Counted from the stretch's first letter, positions 1 to 9,796 are shown. The stretch is DNA of 64,000 nucleotides from an uncultured Candidatus Saccharibacteria bacterium (GCA_964350985.1 CAYGLK010000001.1:91018-155017); one strand, 5' to 3'. Notes: generated by a model from the letters alone, not told the origin. Numbers and translations are program-made.

Positions 1-325
1 TTAGGTTCTGATAGCCAGCAAAAGTTCTCGCTAGTAAAACTACTCGAGCCCTCGGCTTGTCTATCTGTGCATCTTTATCATGTCTGGTTCGTGGAGCTAA
101 GTGAGCATCAATTCCGAGAATCGGTTTAATACCTTCTTTGGTACAGGCTTTATAAAAATCTATTAGTCCGTATAGAGCACCGTTGTCTGTGAGTGCCAAC
201 GAAGTCTGACCATCAGCTTTAGCGGCGTAAGCCAGCTCTTTTGGGGTTGGTAGGGCATTTAATAGGGAATAGTGAGAATGGGTATGCAGGTGAACAAAAG
301 TGTTTTTTGGAGTAGTTTCGGACAT
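1..325 (-). CDS. dnaE: DNA polymerase III alpha subunit, N-terminal PHP domain (partial, runs off window start)
   Basis: Not in ORF track; manual translation MSETTPKNTFVHLHTHSHYSLLNALP...LALTDNGALYGLIDFYKACTKEGIKPILG matches the DnaE HLHxHSxYSLL / ALTD / GIKPI pattern. Confidence 0.95.
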   Translation of the reverse strand, partial: MSETTPKNTFVHLHTHSHYSLLNALPTPKELAYAAKADGQTSLALTDNGALYGLIDFYKACTKEGIKPILGIDAHLAPRTRHDKDAQIDKPRARVVLLARTFAGYQNL

Positions 326-448
326 GTTGAGGCTAGTATACCACTCACCGCGACCTCTCGCCAAAAGTCTTTTTGTCAGTTTGATTTATACGTTTTTCAA
401 TGCTTTAATCTCCTGGGATAAGTATCAAGCTGGAATCTAATAAGGGGA

Positions 449-868
449 ATGACCTTGGACATCTTTTCTTTCGTGGTTGATAATTATTTTGGATTTATCA
501 CCTCATGGTGGTGGGTCAGTATTTGGGTAGTTTCTTTTGTCTCATTTACTGCGATTCTACTCCGAGATTCTTACCTTAGCTTTACAAAGTGGGAAGCGGC
601 GACATTTTCTCTTATTGCCTTGGTCAGTATCGTTCCATTTCTTGAAAATATTACCCACGGCGCATCAAGGACTGAGTTTTTTAGTAGGTGGAATTACATT
701 GCTGTAGAGTCGCATGGTTACCATTCTCGCTTTAGTTCCTTCAAATTTTTTGTGTTCTGTGTCTTATTGACCACTTACTGGTTCGCCCCTATATGGCTCA
801 TCCAGATCTGGATTTCACGCATTTACTTGATCCTGAAAATTAAATGGGAGATGCGTAATTGGAAATAA
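449..868 (+). CDS. orphan multi-pass membrane protein
   Basis: 139-aa ORF with about 3 hydrophobic segments; own promoter TTGATT-17-TTTAAT (381-409) and downstream hairpin; start may be TTG 455. Confidence 0.65.
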   Translation: MTLDIFSFVVDNYFGFITSWWWVSIWVVSFVSFTAILLRDSYLSFTKWEAATFSLIALVSIVPFLENITHGASRTEFFSRWNYIAVESHGYHSRFSSFKFFVFCVLLTTYWFAPIWLIQIWISRIYLILKIKWEMRNWK

Positions 869-932
869 AAGCCCTGCATTGAAGCCAGCCTTCATGTGGG
901 GTTTCTTTGTAGTAATTTGTTATACTTGGCCA

Positions 933-1298
933 ATGGAAAAAATAAGATCATACGCCTTTGATTTTGACGGGGTTATTGCTAAATATGATGGCTTCAAGGG
1001 AGTAGGTCATTTTGGTGAGCCAAACGAATCTGTTGTTGCAGCTATTCGACAGTTAAGTCAGGCTGGACACAAGATAATTCTGCATTCTACTCGAGGTGAA
1101 GAAGCTTTACGAAAGTATTGTTTGGAAAATGATATTCCTATTGATTACTTTAATCATAATCCCGACCTAGAAGGTGAAAATCCAGGAAAGCCGATAGCTT
1201 TTGTATATGTAGACGATCGGGCTATTTGCTATCGTGGTCAAACGACTAAAGAGTTGGTGAAAGAAATCACTGAGTTCAAAGCTTATTGGCAAAAATAA
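933..1298 (+). CDS. small HAD-superfamily phosphatase-like protein
   Basis: Motif I FDFDGVI, motif II HSTR, C-terminal KP...YVDDRA; ATG 933 follows a TGtTATACT box. Confidence 0.8.
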   Translation: MEKIRSYAFDFDGVIAKYDGFKGVGHFGEPNESVVAAIRQLSQAGHKIILHSTRGEEALRKYCLENDIPIDYFNHNPDLEGENPGKPIAFVYVDDRAICYRGQTTKELVKEITEFKAYWQK

Positions 1299-1362
1299 GG
1301 TCTAACTTTTTCCTTTCGGATGTAGTTAAAAACAATGGATGCACCCGCCTAAGGAGAGCGTT

Positions 1363-1692
1363 GTGAAAGAAGACATCATTAAAGCTGATGGTATTCGTTT
1401 TTCTGTTTCAGACGACGGCAAAGAAGTTGGTCGAGCCTATCTTTATCCCTTAAAAAATGATCTACATTCACGTCCTTTCGGACTACTTGAAGATGTTTAC
1501 GTGGATGAGAAATATAGAGGCAAGGGGGTAGCAAGTCAGCTTTTGGAAGCCGTAACGCAAAAGGCCAAGGCTTTGAATTGCTATAAGCTGATAGCTACAA
1601 GTCGCAATGACGGCACTCGACAAGCAGTCCATGACTGGTACTTGAGATTAGGTTTTGCGGATTATGGAACCGAGTTTCGAATCAATTTCTAA
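1363..1692 (+). CDS. GNAT family N-acetyltransferase
   Basis: LEDVYVDEKYRGKGVASQL acetyl-CoA motif A and WYLRLGF; SD AAGGAG 6 nt before GTG 1363. Confidence 0.9.
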   Translation: MKEDIIKADGIRFSVSDDGKEVGRAYLYPLKNDLHSRPFGLLEDVYVDEKYRGKGVASQLLEAVTQKAKALNCYKLIATSRNDGTRQAVHDWYLRLGFADYGTEFRINF

Positions 1693-1750
1693 GCACATGA
1701 GCGCCAGGCAACTGGTGCTCCTTTGGTATTAAGTCACTACTTATTTTTTA

Positions 1751-2392
1751 ATGTATACTCACTTTGTGAAAAAAGCCGAATACACTATTGGTATCGATGA
1801 AGCAGGTCGGGGTCCTTTGGCTGGGCCGGTGGCTGTCGGCGTTGCTTTGGTGAAGAGTAATTTTTCCTGGACTAAGGAACTACCTGGAGTTAATGATAGT
1901 AAAAAATTATCAGCGTCTAAGCGAGATGATATTTTTCTTAAAGCCAAGCAGTTAAAAAAGAAAGGTTTGCTTGATTATCAAGTAGTACTAATGTCAGCTC
2001 AAATTATTGATCGTATTGGAATTGTGCCAGCCATTACTAAAGCGATGCATCAGGGTTTGAAAAAAATAATGCAACGCTCTGGTCTAAAAGAATATCAGGT
2101 GTTTGTAAAGCTAGATGGGGGGCTAAGGGCACCGGCTACATATATAAGTCAAGAAACTATTATAAAAGGAGATGCTAAAGAGAAAGTTATCGGACTGGCG
2201 TCAATTATGGCCAAGGTAACTCGGGATCAATACATGGAGAAGTTGGCTGTGAAGAAAGAGTTTGTTGTCTATGATTTTGCAAAACATAAAGGTTACGGCA
2301 CCAAGATCCATAGGGAATCCATTGCCGGAAATGGGCTTTCTTTGGAACATAGGGTTAGTTTCTGCCGGAATATAAAGCTTAAGGCTAATTAG
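1751..2392 (+). CDS. rnhB: ribonuclease HII
   Basis: GIDEAGRGPLAGPV, DSKKLS, ASIMAKVTRD, KHKGYGT. Confidence 0.97.
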   Translation: MYTHFVKKAEYTIGIDEAGRGPLAGPVAVGVALVKSNFSWTKELPGVNDSKKLSASKRDDIFLKAKQLKKKGLLDYQVVLMSAQIIDRIGIVPAITKAMHQGLKKIMQRSGLKEYQVFVKLDGGLRAPATYISQETIIKGDAKEKVIGLASIMAKVTRDQYMEKLAVKKEFVVYDFAKHKGYGTKIHRESIAGNGLSLEHRVSFCRNIKLKAN

Positions 2393-2518
2393 TTCAGTTT
2401 GTTGCCTGAACTAGCTTAAATTAGCTGATTGTGTAGTATTTACATATAAGTGAGTCTTTTGACTCCAGGGGGACTAAATAGTTGCTTTTTTACAAGGATT
2501 TGTTATAGTTTCGCCACT

Positions 2519-2800
2519 ATGGTAATTCGAATGCGGCACACGCGGTCTCACACCGCTAATAGACGTTCTCATCATGCTTTAACAGCGCCTAATATGGCTG
2601 TGTGTAAGAATTGTGAAGGACACTATCGTCAACATCACATGTGTTTAAATTGTGGTTTTTATAAAGGTAGAGTTGTAACTGACCTACTAACGAAAAAGAA
2701 AGAACGAGAAGAACGAATCTCTAAGAAGAAAGAAGCGATTGGTGGGCAAGCAGCTGGTGATGAATCTCCAGTAGCTGAAGTAGAATCAAAGACAAAATAA
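2519..2800 (+). CDS. rpmF: 50S ribosomal protein L32 with charged C-terminal extension
   Basis: RHTRSHTANRRSHHAL...CKNC...HHMCLNCGFYKG zinc ribbon. Confidence 0.95.
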   Translation: MVIRMRHTRSHTANRRSHHALTAPNMAVCKNCEGHYRQHHMCLNCGFYKGRVVTDLLTKKKEREERISKKKEAIGGQAAGDESPVAEVESKTK

Positions 2801-2918
2801 ATATCGATCTAGAAAAGTCACCTGCATGGGGGCTTTTCTTTTTGTGGATTCATGACCTTTGTATCCGAAAGGGCATGGTACACTATTTTCAGGACAGATA
2901 AGTTTTAGTACATTTTTT

Positions 2919-3821
2919 ATGGCAAATAGGCACCTTTCGCGCAGTATAGTTCTTCAAGCACTCTTTGAGTGGGATTTAAATGCAATTGATAAAAAGGAAG
3001 TTATAAATATTTTAGATAGAAATATCGAAGAGTTTGCTCAAAACAAGACGGACCGACCTTTTATGGAGAAGCTCTTAAATGGGATTCTTGGAAAGCAAAC
3101 AGAACTAGATTTAGTAATTACTAAAGCTGCACCTGAGTGGCCTATTGATCGTATCTCTCCAGTTGATCGAAATATTTTAAGACTAGGATTGTTTGAACTC
3201 CTTTTCTCTGAGCGTTCTGAAGTGCCAGCTAAAGTGGCGATAAATGAAGCGATTGAATTAGCTAAGCAATTTGGGGGTGATAACAGTAGTCGTTTTGTAA
3301 ACGGTGTACTCGGCGCTGTCTATAAAGAGATCGGTGAGCCAGGAAAAGCTGAGACAAGCAAGCAGCGTAAAAAAGACGTTCCGTTTGATCAGATGCCAAT
3401 TGAAAGACTTGCCGGTGCTGTGGTCTATGCTGAATCAGGTGGGCAGATGTACTTTGCTTTGGTCCACGATATCTTTGGTCACTGGACTCTGTCTAAGAGT
3501 AAGGTAGCTGAAAACGAGACTGTTGAACAAGGAGCTGTACGAGCTCTTAAGGAAGAGATTGGTTTGCCAGTAGAGATTGAAGCTGAATTAGGTAATAATG
3601 AATATATCGCCACTCAGCCAGAAAAAGGAAAGGTACGAAAGCAAGTACACTATTTCTTAGCTAAAGCCCCGTATCAAGACATTGCTTTGGCAAAGAAAGG
3701 CGGCTTAGATGACGCTCGATGGTTTAGAGTTTCTGATATTTTGAACCTTAATTTCTATGAGGATATTCTACCGATTGTAACCAAGGCTATTACCATGTTG
3801 GTTGGCAGAAGCGGCAAATAG
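2919..3821 (+). CDS. nusB: transcription antitermination factor NusB fused to a C-terminal NUDIX-fold domain
   Basis: RHLSRSIVLQALFEWD, DRNILRLG, VAINEAIELAKQFG, FVNGVL; C-terminal ETVEQGAVRALKEEIGL Nudix-like box. Confidence 0.93.
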   Translation: MANRHLSRSIVLQALFEWDLNAIDKKEVINILDRNIEEFAQNKTDRPFMEKLLNGILGKQTELDLVITKAAPEWPIDRISPVDRNILRLGLFELLFSERSEVPAKVAINEAIELAKQFGGDNSSRFVNGVLGAVYKEIGEPGKAETSKQRKKDVPFDQMPIERLAGAVVYAESGGQMYFALVHDIFGHWTLSKSKVAENETVEQGAVRALKEEIGLPVEIEAELGNNEYIATQPEKGKVRKQVHYFLAKAPYQDIALAKKGGLDDARWFRVSDILNLNFYEDILPIVTKAITMLVGRSGK

Positions 3822-4570
3822 TGATAATCTCACCAAATAACCCCCAATTATCTATGTCAGAAAGAAATCTTGAAGCGGATTTGTTGTCACTCCAGACCTT
3901 GGTTGGAGTTACTTTTAGTAACCCGAAGATCTTACTTTCAGCGGTAACACACCGATCTTATTTAAATGAACACCGCGAGGCTGACTGGGAGCATAACGAA
4001 AGATTGGAATTCTTGGGAGATGCGGTTTTAGAACTAGCAGTGACGACATTTTTGTTCGATAAATATCCTGATAAGCCAGAAGGAGAGCTAACAGCTATTA
4101 GAGCAGCTTTGGTAAACACAAACTCTCTGGCAGCAGCCTCAGAGCTTCTAGGTATCAATCAGTATCTCTTAATGTCTAAGGGTGAATCAAAAGATGAAGG
4201 GCGAGCACGACAGTATATCTTGGCAAATGTATTTGAGTCTTGTATTGGAGCTATCTATATTGACCAAGGTTACGAAGCTGCAAAGAAGTTTATTGCTGAC
4301 AGACTTTTTGGTAACACAGAAGAGATTGTTGCAAACAAAACCTGGCAAGACGCTAAGAGTCGCTTCCAAGAACTTTCACAAGACAGAGCTTCAATCACTC
4401 CAACATATGAGACCTTATCTCAAGATGGTCCCGACCATGACCGAGTCTTTACAGTAGGAGTATTTTTACGACATGAAAAAGTAGCGGAAGGAAAAGGTCG
4501 TTCGAAACAAGAAGCTGAACAAGAAGCAGCTAAAGCTGGTATCAAAGCTAAAGAGTGGGATCAGGAATAA
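3821..4570 (+). CDS. rnc: ribonuclease III
   Basis: HNERLEFLGDAVL signature plus dsRBD (GPDH, GRSKQEAEQEAA). Confidence 0.97.
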   Translation: MIISPNNPQLSMSERNLEADLLSLQTLVGVTFSNPKILLSAVTHRSYLNEHREADWEHNERLEFLGDAVLELAVTTFLFDKYPDKPEGELTAIRAALVNTNSLAAASELLGINQYLLMSKGESKDEGRARQYILANVFESCIGAIYIDQGYEAAKKFIADRLFGNTEEIVANKTWQDAKSRFQELSQDRASITPTYETLSQDGPDHDRVFTVGVFLRHEKVAEGKGRSKQEAEQEAAKAGIKAKEWDQE

Positions 4571-4581
4571 TTAAATATATT

Positions 4582-4617
4582 AAAAGTAAAAATCCCCTTA
4601 AGGGGATTTTTACTTTT
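4582..4617. terminator. perfect palindromic intrinsic terminator after rnc
   Basis: AAAAGTAAAAATCCCCTT|AAGGGGATTTTTACTTTT. Confidence 0.8.
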
Positions 4618-4668
4618 TAACCCACTACTTCAAGCTTTTGAGGCAAGTCTGCGTGTTATAATTTTTTG

Positions 4669-5436
4669 ATGAATCTCAGCCGTTTAAACAAAACTACTAC
4701 TGGACTTACTTTGATTGAAATCTTGGTAGTGGTTGCGATTGTCGGTATTTTAGCTGCTGTTATTGCGGTAAATGCGATTGAGTCAGGAAAGCTGTCTCGA
4801 GATGCTAAAAGGCAAGCTGATCTTAGATCACTGCAAAGTGCTATTGAGTTGTATAAAAATAAAGAAGGAAGGTATCCTTATGGTTGCAATGCCCCTGAAG
4901 GATCATGGAGTGACGTATGGTCAGGGCAAATAACTAGCGTCGACTACAGATGTACAAATGGAAGTACACAGTATATTAACGGTTTGGCTCCTAAGTACAT
5001 TCCAACACTACCTCAAGATCAAAGGCTAAATGGAAATAATTCTGGTTATGTATACCGTACGAATGCCGCAGGAACTGTTTATAAATTGATGGCAATGAGA
5101 ACCGTGGAGGCAGATTCAGTAGATTATAATCATGAATTTAAGAGCTGTGACATTAGGCCGGATGTTGCTGGAAAATTACAAAATCTTGGGGCTTCGGGTG
5201 TGGATACTTCTGGATGGTGTGCCACAGCAACTGAAGCAGCTCTCGATCCAGCAGGACAAGTGTCAACATATAATCCTATACCAGGGTGTCGAATGAATAG
5301 TGGAATCAATGTAGCGGATAATGGTAATGGACGCTTTGAAATATCTTACGGTGTTTGGGGAGGTTTTGCTGAGGAGATGACTGGTCCACATAGAGCTGCC
5401 GAAGTAAGAGAGACTGCGAGAGTTATTTGTAAATAA
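4669..5436 (+). CDS. type IV pilin / GspG-like prepilin
   Basis: Class III signal GLTLIEILVVVAIVGILAAV; SRDAKRQADLRSLQSAIELY..YP; variable Cys-containing C-terminus. Confidence 0.9.
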   Translation: MNLSRLNKTTTGLTLIEILVVVAIVGILAAVIAVNAIESGKLSRDAKRQADLRSLQSAIELYKNKEGRYPYGCNAPEGSWSDVWSGQITSVDYRCTNGSTQYINGLAPKYIPTLPQDQRLNGNNSGYVYRTNAAGTVYKLMAMRTVEADSVDYNHEFKSCDIRPDVAGKLQNLGASGVDTSGWCATATEAALDPAGQVSTYNPIPGCRMNSGINVADNGNGRFEISYGVWGGFAEEMTGPHRAAEVRETARVICK

Positions 5437-5441
5437 ACAAT

Positions 5442-5978
5442 ATGAAAATTTTAAATAAAAAACTAAACGGCTTTACCTTGATTGAGATCATGGTAGTGAT
5501 CGGGATCATTGGTATCCTCTCCGCTGTACTTTTTGCTAACTTTAGTGAAGCGCGAATGCAAGCTCGTGATAAAGCACGTATGACAACTTTGAAAGAAATG
5601 CAATTAGCGATTGAATTTTATAAGGCGCAAAATGGCAGTTACCCAGTTGCGGGATGTGGAGCGGTCGGAGATGCTTTCTCTGGACCTGGTCCACGTGTCG
5701 GCTTGCTTACTTCATGTCCCCTTTATATTGAAGGATTAGTTCCGGATTTTATTTCCGTATTACCTAATGATCCTGTCTTTGAACAGGAAGCTGGAAGAGG
5801 ATATTACTATGCGTCTAATGAAACGAGTTATAAATTAATGTCGCTAGATAGTGTAGAAGTTTTAACTGTGTCACTAGGTGATGAGTTTGCTCGCTGTCCT
5901 AGTGCAACCGGTGCTTGTTCTGGCGGAATCCCAACAAACACCTACGCGGTCTATAGTTCTGGAGCAGAAGCTTGGTAA
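5442..5978 (+). CDS. type IV pilin / GspG-like prepilin
   Basis: GFTLIEIMVVIGIIGILSAV; ARDKAR..LAIEFY..YP; paralog of the preceding gene. Confidence 0.92.
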   Translation: MKILNKKLNGFTLIEIMVVIGIIGILSAVLFANFSEARMQARDKARMTTLKEMQLAIEFYKAQNGSYPVAGCGAVGDAFSGPGPRVGLLTSCPLYIEGLVPDFISVLPNDPVFEQEAGRGYYYASNETSYKLMSLDSVEVLTVSLGDEFARCPSATGACSGGIPTNTYAVYSSGAEAW

Positions 5979-5994
5979 AATAATTTAAATTTAA

Positions 5995-8259
5995 ATGTAT
6001 CTCAAAGACTTAACAATTTCTGGATTTAAATCTTTCGCTAAGAAAGGGGAGTTAGAGTTCTCGGCTCCGATCACGGCTATTGTGGGTCCTAATGGTTCTG
6101 GAAAAAGTAATGTAGCTGAGTCTTTCAGGTTTGTGCTTGGTGAGCAGTCAGTTAAGTCGATGCGTGGTAAACGGGGAGAGGATTTAATTTGGGGCGGGTC
6201 TACACAAGTCTCTAGAGGTAATCGCGCCCATGTTACTGTCACGCTCGACAATAGTAAAAGAGTTTTTCCGCTCGATTTCTCTGAGATTAAGATTGAAAGA
6301 GTAGTAAACCGCGATGGGCAAAACGAATATATTTTAAATGGGTCGGTGGTGCGACTAAAAGACATCCAAGAACTATTAGCTTCAGCTAATATTGGATCAA
6401 CCGGACATCATATTATTTCGCAAGGTGAAGCTGATCGTATTTTGACAGCCAATCCAAAAGAAAGACGAGAGATGATTGAGGATGCTCTTGGTCTCAAGAT
6501 CTATCAATACAAACGACAAGAAGCAGAAAAGAAATTAACTAAGACTGTTGAGAACGTAGCTCAAGTAGAGTCTCTTAGACGTGAGTCAGCCCCGCACTTA
6601 AAGTATCTTGAAAAACAGGTACAGAAGATCGAGAAATCATTAGAACTGCAAGAAAAATTAAAGGGAGTTTATGCAGAGTATTTGAGACGTGAAGATATTT
6701 ATATTAGTAGTCATCATGACAGGCTAGAAGGAGAACTAAGAGAACCAAGAGAGGTATTAAAGAAAACAATTGATGACCTTAGTGAAGCTAAGAAAAAACT
6801 ACAAGAATCAGAATCAGGTAATGATTCAAAGGAGCTTATTCATGCTGAAGAAGAACTTCAAAAAGCGACCCATAGTCGACAGTCAGTCGAACGGGAATAT
6901 AGTAAGTGTGAAGGACAGATTGCTTTGCTAGAACGACGCTTGTCTGATTATGAAAAGCGAAGCAAAACTGAGACTGGTAAAGCGATTGCCTACGAAGATA
7001 TTTCTAGTTTGATCAAAGATATTGAACAGCAAGTTAGTAAAGCAGTACAAAAAGAAGAGGTTTCTTTTTTACAAAGAGCACTAACTGATATTGTCCATAA
7101 ACTAAAAGTCTTTATTGAGCGCTCAACAGTTGTGACTGATACTGGAGTAGAGTTTGATAAGGAAGAATTAGGAAGACTACAAAAAGAGATTGAGCAATTA
7201 AGCAAACAACTAGAAAAAGCCAAGCAAGACGAAGTAGGTGCTCGAAAAGGCTATGACGAGATGGAACAAAAGCGTCTACAAGAAGCCACAGATGGTCGTG
7301 AAGCCGAGCGGGCGGTGTTTAGGCTAGTAAGTGAGCAACGTGAGCTAGAAACTAAAATTGAACGCCTGGAGCGCGAGCTAGCGATACTTGATCGTGACCG
7401 TAATGAGTTCAAACAAGAGCTACAAGAAGCTGTAGCTTTGCTTGGTAGAGCAGCAGCTCAATACTATGACCAAGTAGTAAAGGATGAATCTGGAAAAGAA
7501 TTAACTGAGACAGATATTGTGAACGAGAGTCGTGATATTCAAAGAACTCGACGTCATGAATTGGAAAAATTAAAGATCCGTTTGGAAGAGCTTGGTATTG
7601 GTGCAACGGAAGATATTATAAAAGAATACAATGACGCTAAAGACCGTGACGCATTCTTAGCTCGAGAGATTACTGATCTGGAAAGCTCAATTGAGAAACT
7701 ACGTGAATTGATCGAAGAACTACAAGGAAAACTTGAAGAGCAATTTGTTGAAGGAATCAAAAAAATCTCAAGTGAATTTAATCGCTTCTTCACTTTGATG
7801 TTTGGTGGTGGAGAGGCAGAGTTGGTGACTGTGACTACTAAGTCTCGCGCAGTGACAGAAGATGATCTGATGGAAGAAGGGGATGATGAAGAAAAGAAAA
7901 AAGAAGATGGTATTGAACTAGTGGCTAAGTTGCCAAACAAGCGCGTTAAGGGACTAGAGATGCTTTCTGGAGGAGAGAGAGCTCTGACTTCGATTGCACT
8001 TATTTTTGCAATGTCACAAGTAAACCCTCCGCCATTTATTATCTTGGACGAGACTGATGCTGCTTTGGACGAAGCTAACAGCCGTCGCTATGGAGACATG
8101 ATTGAAGAATTGGCTAAGAAGTCTCAATTAATTTTAATTACTCACAATCGGGAGACTATGAGTCGCGCAGGTATTCTATACGGGGTAACAATGGGGAGTG
8201 ACGGAATTTCTAAATTACTTTCAGTAAAGTTTGATGAGGCGGTGGCGGTGGCTAAATAA
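5995..8259 (+). CDS. smc: SMC family chromosome segregation ATPase (short, 754 aa)
   Basis: Walker A GPNGSGKSN, Q-loop ISQG, signature LSGGE, Walker B/D-loop ILDETDAALD, ITH; long coiled coil. Confidence 0.9.
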   Translation: MYLKDLTISGFKSFAKKGELEFSAPITAIVGPNGSGKSNVAESFRFVLGEQSVKSMRGKRGEDLIWGGSTQVSRGNRAHVTVTLDNSKRVFPLDFSEIKIERVVNRDGQNEYILNGSVVRLKDIQELLASANIGSTGHHIISQGEADRILTANPKERREMIEDALGLKIYQYKRQEAEKKLTKTVENVAQVESLRRESAPHLKYLEKQVQKIEKSLELQEKLKGVYAEYLRREDIYISSHHDRLEGELREPREVLKKTIDDLSEAKKKLQESESGNDSKELIHAEEELQKATHSRQSVEREYSKCEGQIALLERRLSDYEKRSKTETGKAIAYEDISSLIKDIEQQVSKAVQKEEVSFLQRALTDIVHKLKVFIERSTVVTDTGVEFDKEELGRLQKEIEQLSKQLEKAKQDEVGARKGYDEMEQKRLQEATDGREAERAVFRLVSEQRELETKIERLERELAILDRDRNEFKQELQEAVALLGRAAAQYYDQVVKDESGKELTETDIVNESRDIQRTRRHELEKLKIRLEELGIGATEDIIKEYNDAKDRDAFLAREITDLESSIEKLRELIEELQGKLEEQFVEGIKKISSEFNRFFTLMFGGGEAELVTVTTKSRAVTEDDLMEEGDDEEKKKEDGIELVAKLPNKRVKGLEMLSGGERALTSIALIFAMSQVNPPPFIILDETDAALDEANSRRYGDMIEELAKKSQLILITHNRETMSRAGILYGVTMGSDGISKLLSVKFDEAVAVAK

Positions 8260-8261
8260 TT

Positions 8262-8420
8262 ATGAGTAATAATCAAACACAAACCGTTGAGCAGATTATG
8301 GAGGACACTCAACACCTCCTTCATTTACTTGCTGAAGAGCAGTTAGTAATTAGAGAAATGGTTGAAACAAGATATCGTGAACTACATGATAAAGACATTT
8401 CAGAACCTTCTGACAATTAA
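8262..8420 (+). CDS. small hypothetical protein (52 aa)
   Basis: Not in ORF track; MSNNQTQTVEQIMEDTQHLLHLLAEEQLVIREMVETRYRELHDKDISEPSDN fills the gap between smc (2 nt) and the next gene (6 nt). Confidence 0.6.
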   Translation: MSNNQTQTVEQIMEDTQHLLHLLAEEQLVIREMVETRYRELHDKDISEPSDN

Positions 8421-8426
8421 AATGTT

Positions 8427-9701
8427 ATGGATTTTGAAAAATTAGGTACAAAAAAAGATGATAGATTTGATAAACCTGAAGCAGAACAGGAGACAGAAAC
8501 ATTTTTGTTTGAAATAGAACAAGATCTCCAAAATTTATCTACTAATAGTGCTGAGATTAGTAGTCTTCTTGAAAAATTACCATCAGATGATGATGGGGTT
8601 ATAGAGATAAAAGAAAGTTTAATTAACATACAGCATCGTATTAGCAGCGTCTTACAGCGGGCCATGTTATTACTTTCTCTTTCAGCTGCTTCTAGTTCGG
8701 CTTATGCGCAAGAAGGGTCATCAGCTGCTCCAGAAAATTCCCGTCCACATGTTGAGCTTGAGTATGACAACCCACAAAGATTGGCGTCAAAGAAGGTTAG
8801 AACATACAAATCTTTTATTGATAAGGAGATAAAAAAATACGAAGAATTAGCAATACCGTTCAAATCTAGGGATGGGGATTATATTGATAACTTAGAAATT
8901 GCACTTGATTCAGAACAAGAACTTAGTGAAGAACAGACAAGTATTGTACAAAGCGCAAGGGCAGCCTGGTATGTTGAACTATTACGTATTGAACGCAAAA
9001 GTATCAGAAAACATGCTAGACAAACACAGCAAGCTTATGAGGAAGCTGATACTGCACGCCAATGGCTTGCCGACCTCATACATTCAGAAGAGTATGAAAA
9101 GCGAGCTCTTGCTGAAGGTTTAAGCGAAGAAGAAATACAAGAAAGGCGTAAACGCAGTAAGCAAGATAGCACCCAATTCTTTGAGAGCTTAGCCAGCGGA
9201 GATAGTTATGGAAAGTATATTTTAAAAGGTAGTTTAGTACACCCTGAAGCATTGCGTGATCAGATTAAACTTTCTCGACAAAAGTTTTTTAATGGATTCG
9301 GTAGGGTAAATAAAATATCAGAAATTCAGGTTCATGAAATGGAACACCGCGTTACTCGTGCTAATGAAGGACTTAGTCAGCGAGCGAAAGACTTATACAC
9401 AGAAGCATTTATTACTAGACCTTATCATGATAAAGAATATGCAAACTATCTCGCGACACTTACTGAATTAGACGCTCGAAAAAAATCTTTTGAGTATCAA
9501 TTTGAAAAATTAACAAATTGGCGTTGTGGTATGCCATTTACTTCGGAACACAAAGAGCAAGCAATAAGACTGTACTATGAAGGAAAGTTCAGTAGTGATG
9601 TCGGAGAGTTTTTTAATGTTATTAAACTTGATTATTTTGAACGAATAATGAATGAACTAGCCGATATAAGTGAGTTGGATGAGAGTGAAAATATTGTTTA
9701 G
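8427..9701 (+). CDS. hypothetical protein with internal signal-like segment and HExxH motif
   Basis: 424-aa ORF; LLLSLSAASSSAYA-QE at about aa 80-95; VHEMEH zincin-like motif with downstream E(LDAR). Confidence 0.7.
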   Translation: MDFEKLGTKKDDRFDKPEAEQETETFLFEIEQDLQNLSTNSAEISSLLEKLPSDDDGVIEIKESLINIQHRISSVLQRAMLLLSLSAASSSAYAQEGSSAAPENSRPHVELEYDNPQRLASKKVRTYKSFIDKEIKKYEELAIPFKSRDGDYIDNLEIALDSEQELSEEQTSIVQSARAAWYVELLRIERKSIRKHARQTQQAYEEADTARQWLADLIHSEEYEKRALAEGLSEEEIQERRKRSKQDSTQFFESLASGDSYGKYILKGSLVHPEALRDQIKLSRQKFFNGFGRVNKISEIQVHEMEHRVTRANEGLSQRAKDLYTEAFITRPYHDKEYANYLATLTELDARKKSFEYQFEKLTNWRCGMPFTSEHKEQAIRLYYEGKFSSDVGEFFNVIKLDYFERIMNELADISELDESENIV

Positions 9702-9704
9702 CTA

Positions 9705-9753
9705 ATTTTGTTCCAGTGATTTTCTCAAAGAGGGAAAATCACTGGAACAAAAT
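9705..9753. repeat. GTTCC...GGAAC hairpin (family B, copy 1), 20-bp perfect stem
   Basis: ATTTTGTTCCAGTGATTTTC-tcaaagagg-GAAAATCACTGGAACAAAAT; close relative at 40690-40731. Confidence 0.8.
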
Positions 9754-9788
9754 ACCGATTTGCAGAAAATCGGTATTTCTGCTATTCT
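9751..9788 (+). promoter_or_regulatory. TA operon promoter with overlapping inverted repeat (putative auto-operator)
   Basis: TTGCAG-17-TATTCT with TG extension; inverted repeat AATACCGATT-N7-AATCGGTATT straddles the -35. Confidence 0.6.
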
Positions 9789-9796
9789 TTAAATAT

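Noticed and set aside
2390-2437. Hairpin with a TTTGTTGC loop at the rnhB stop as a seventh family A copy
   Set aside because: Shares only the TTTGTTG word; lacks the partner loop, the 4-bp stem and the GTAC apex
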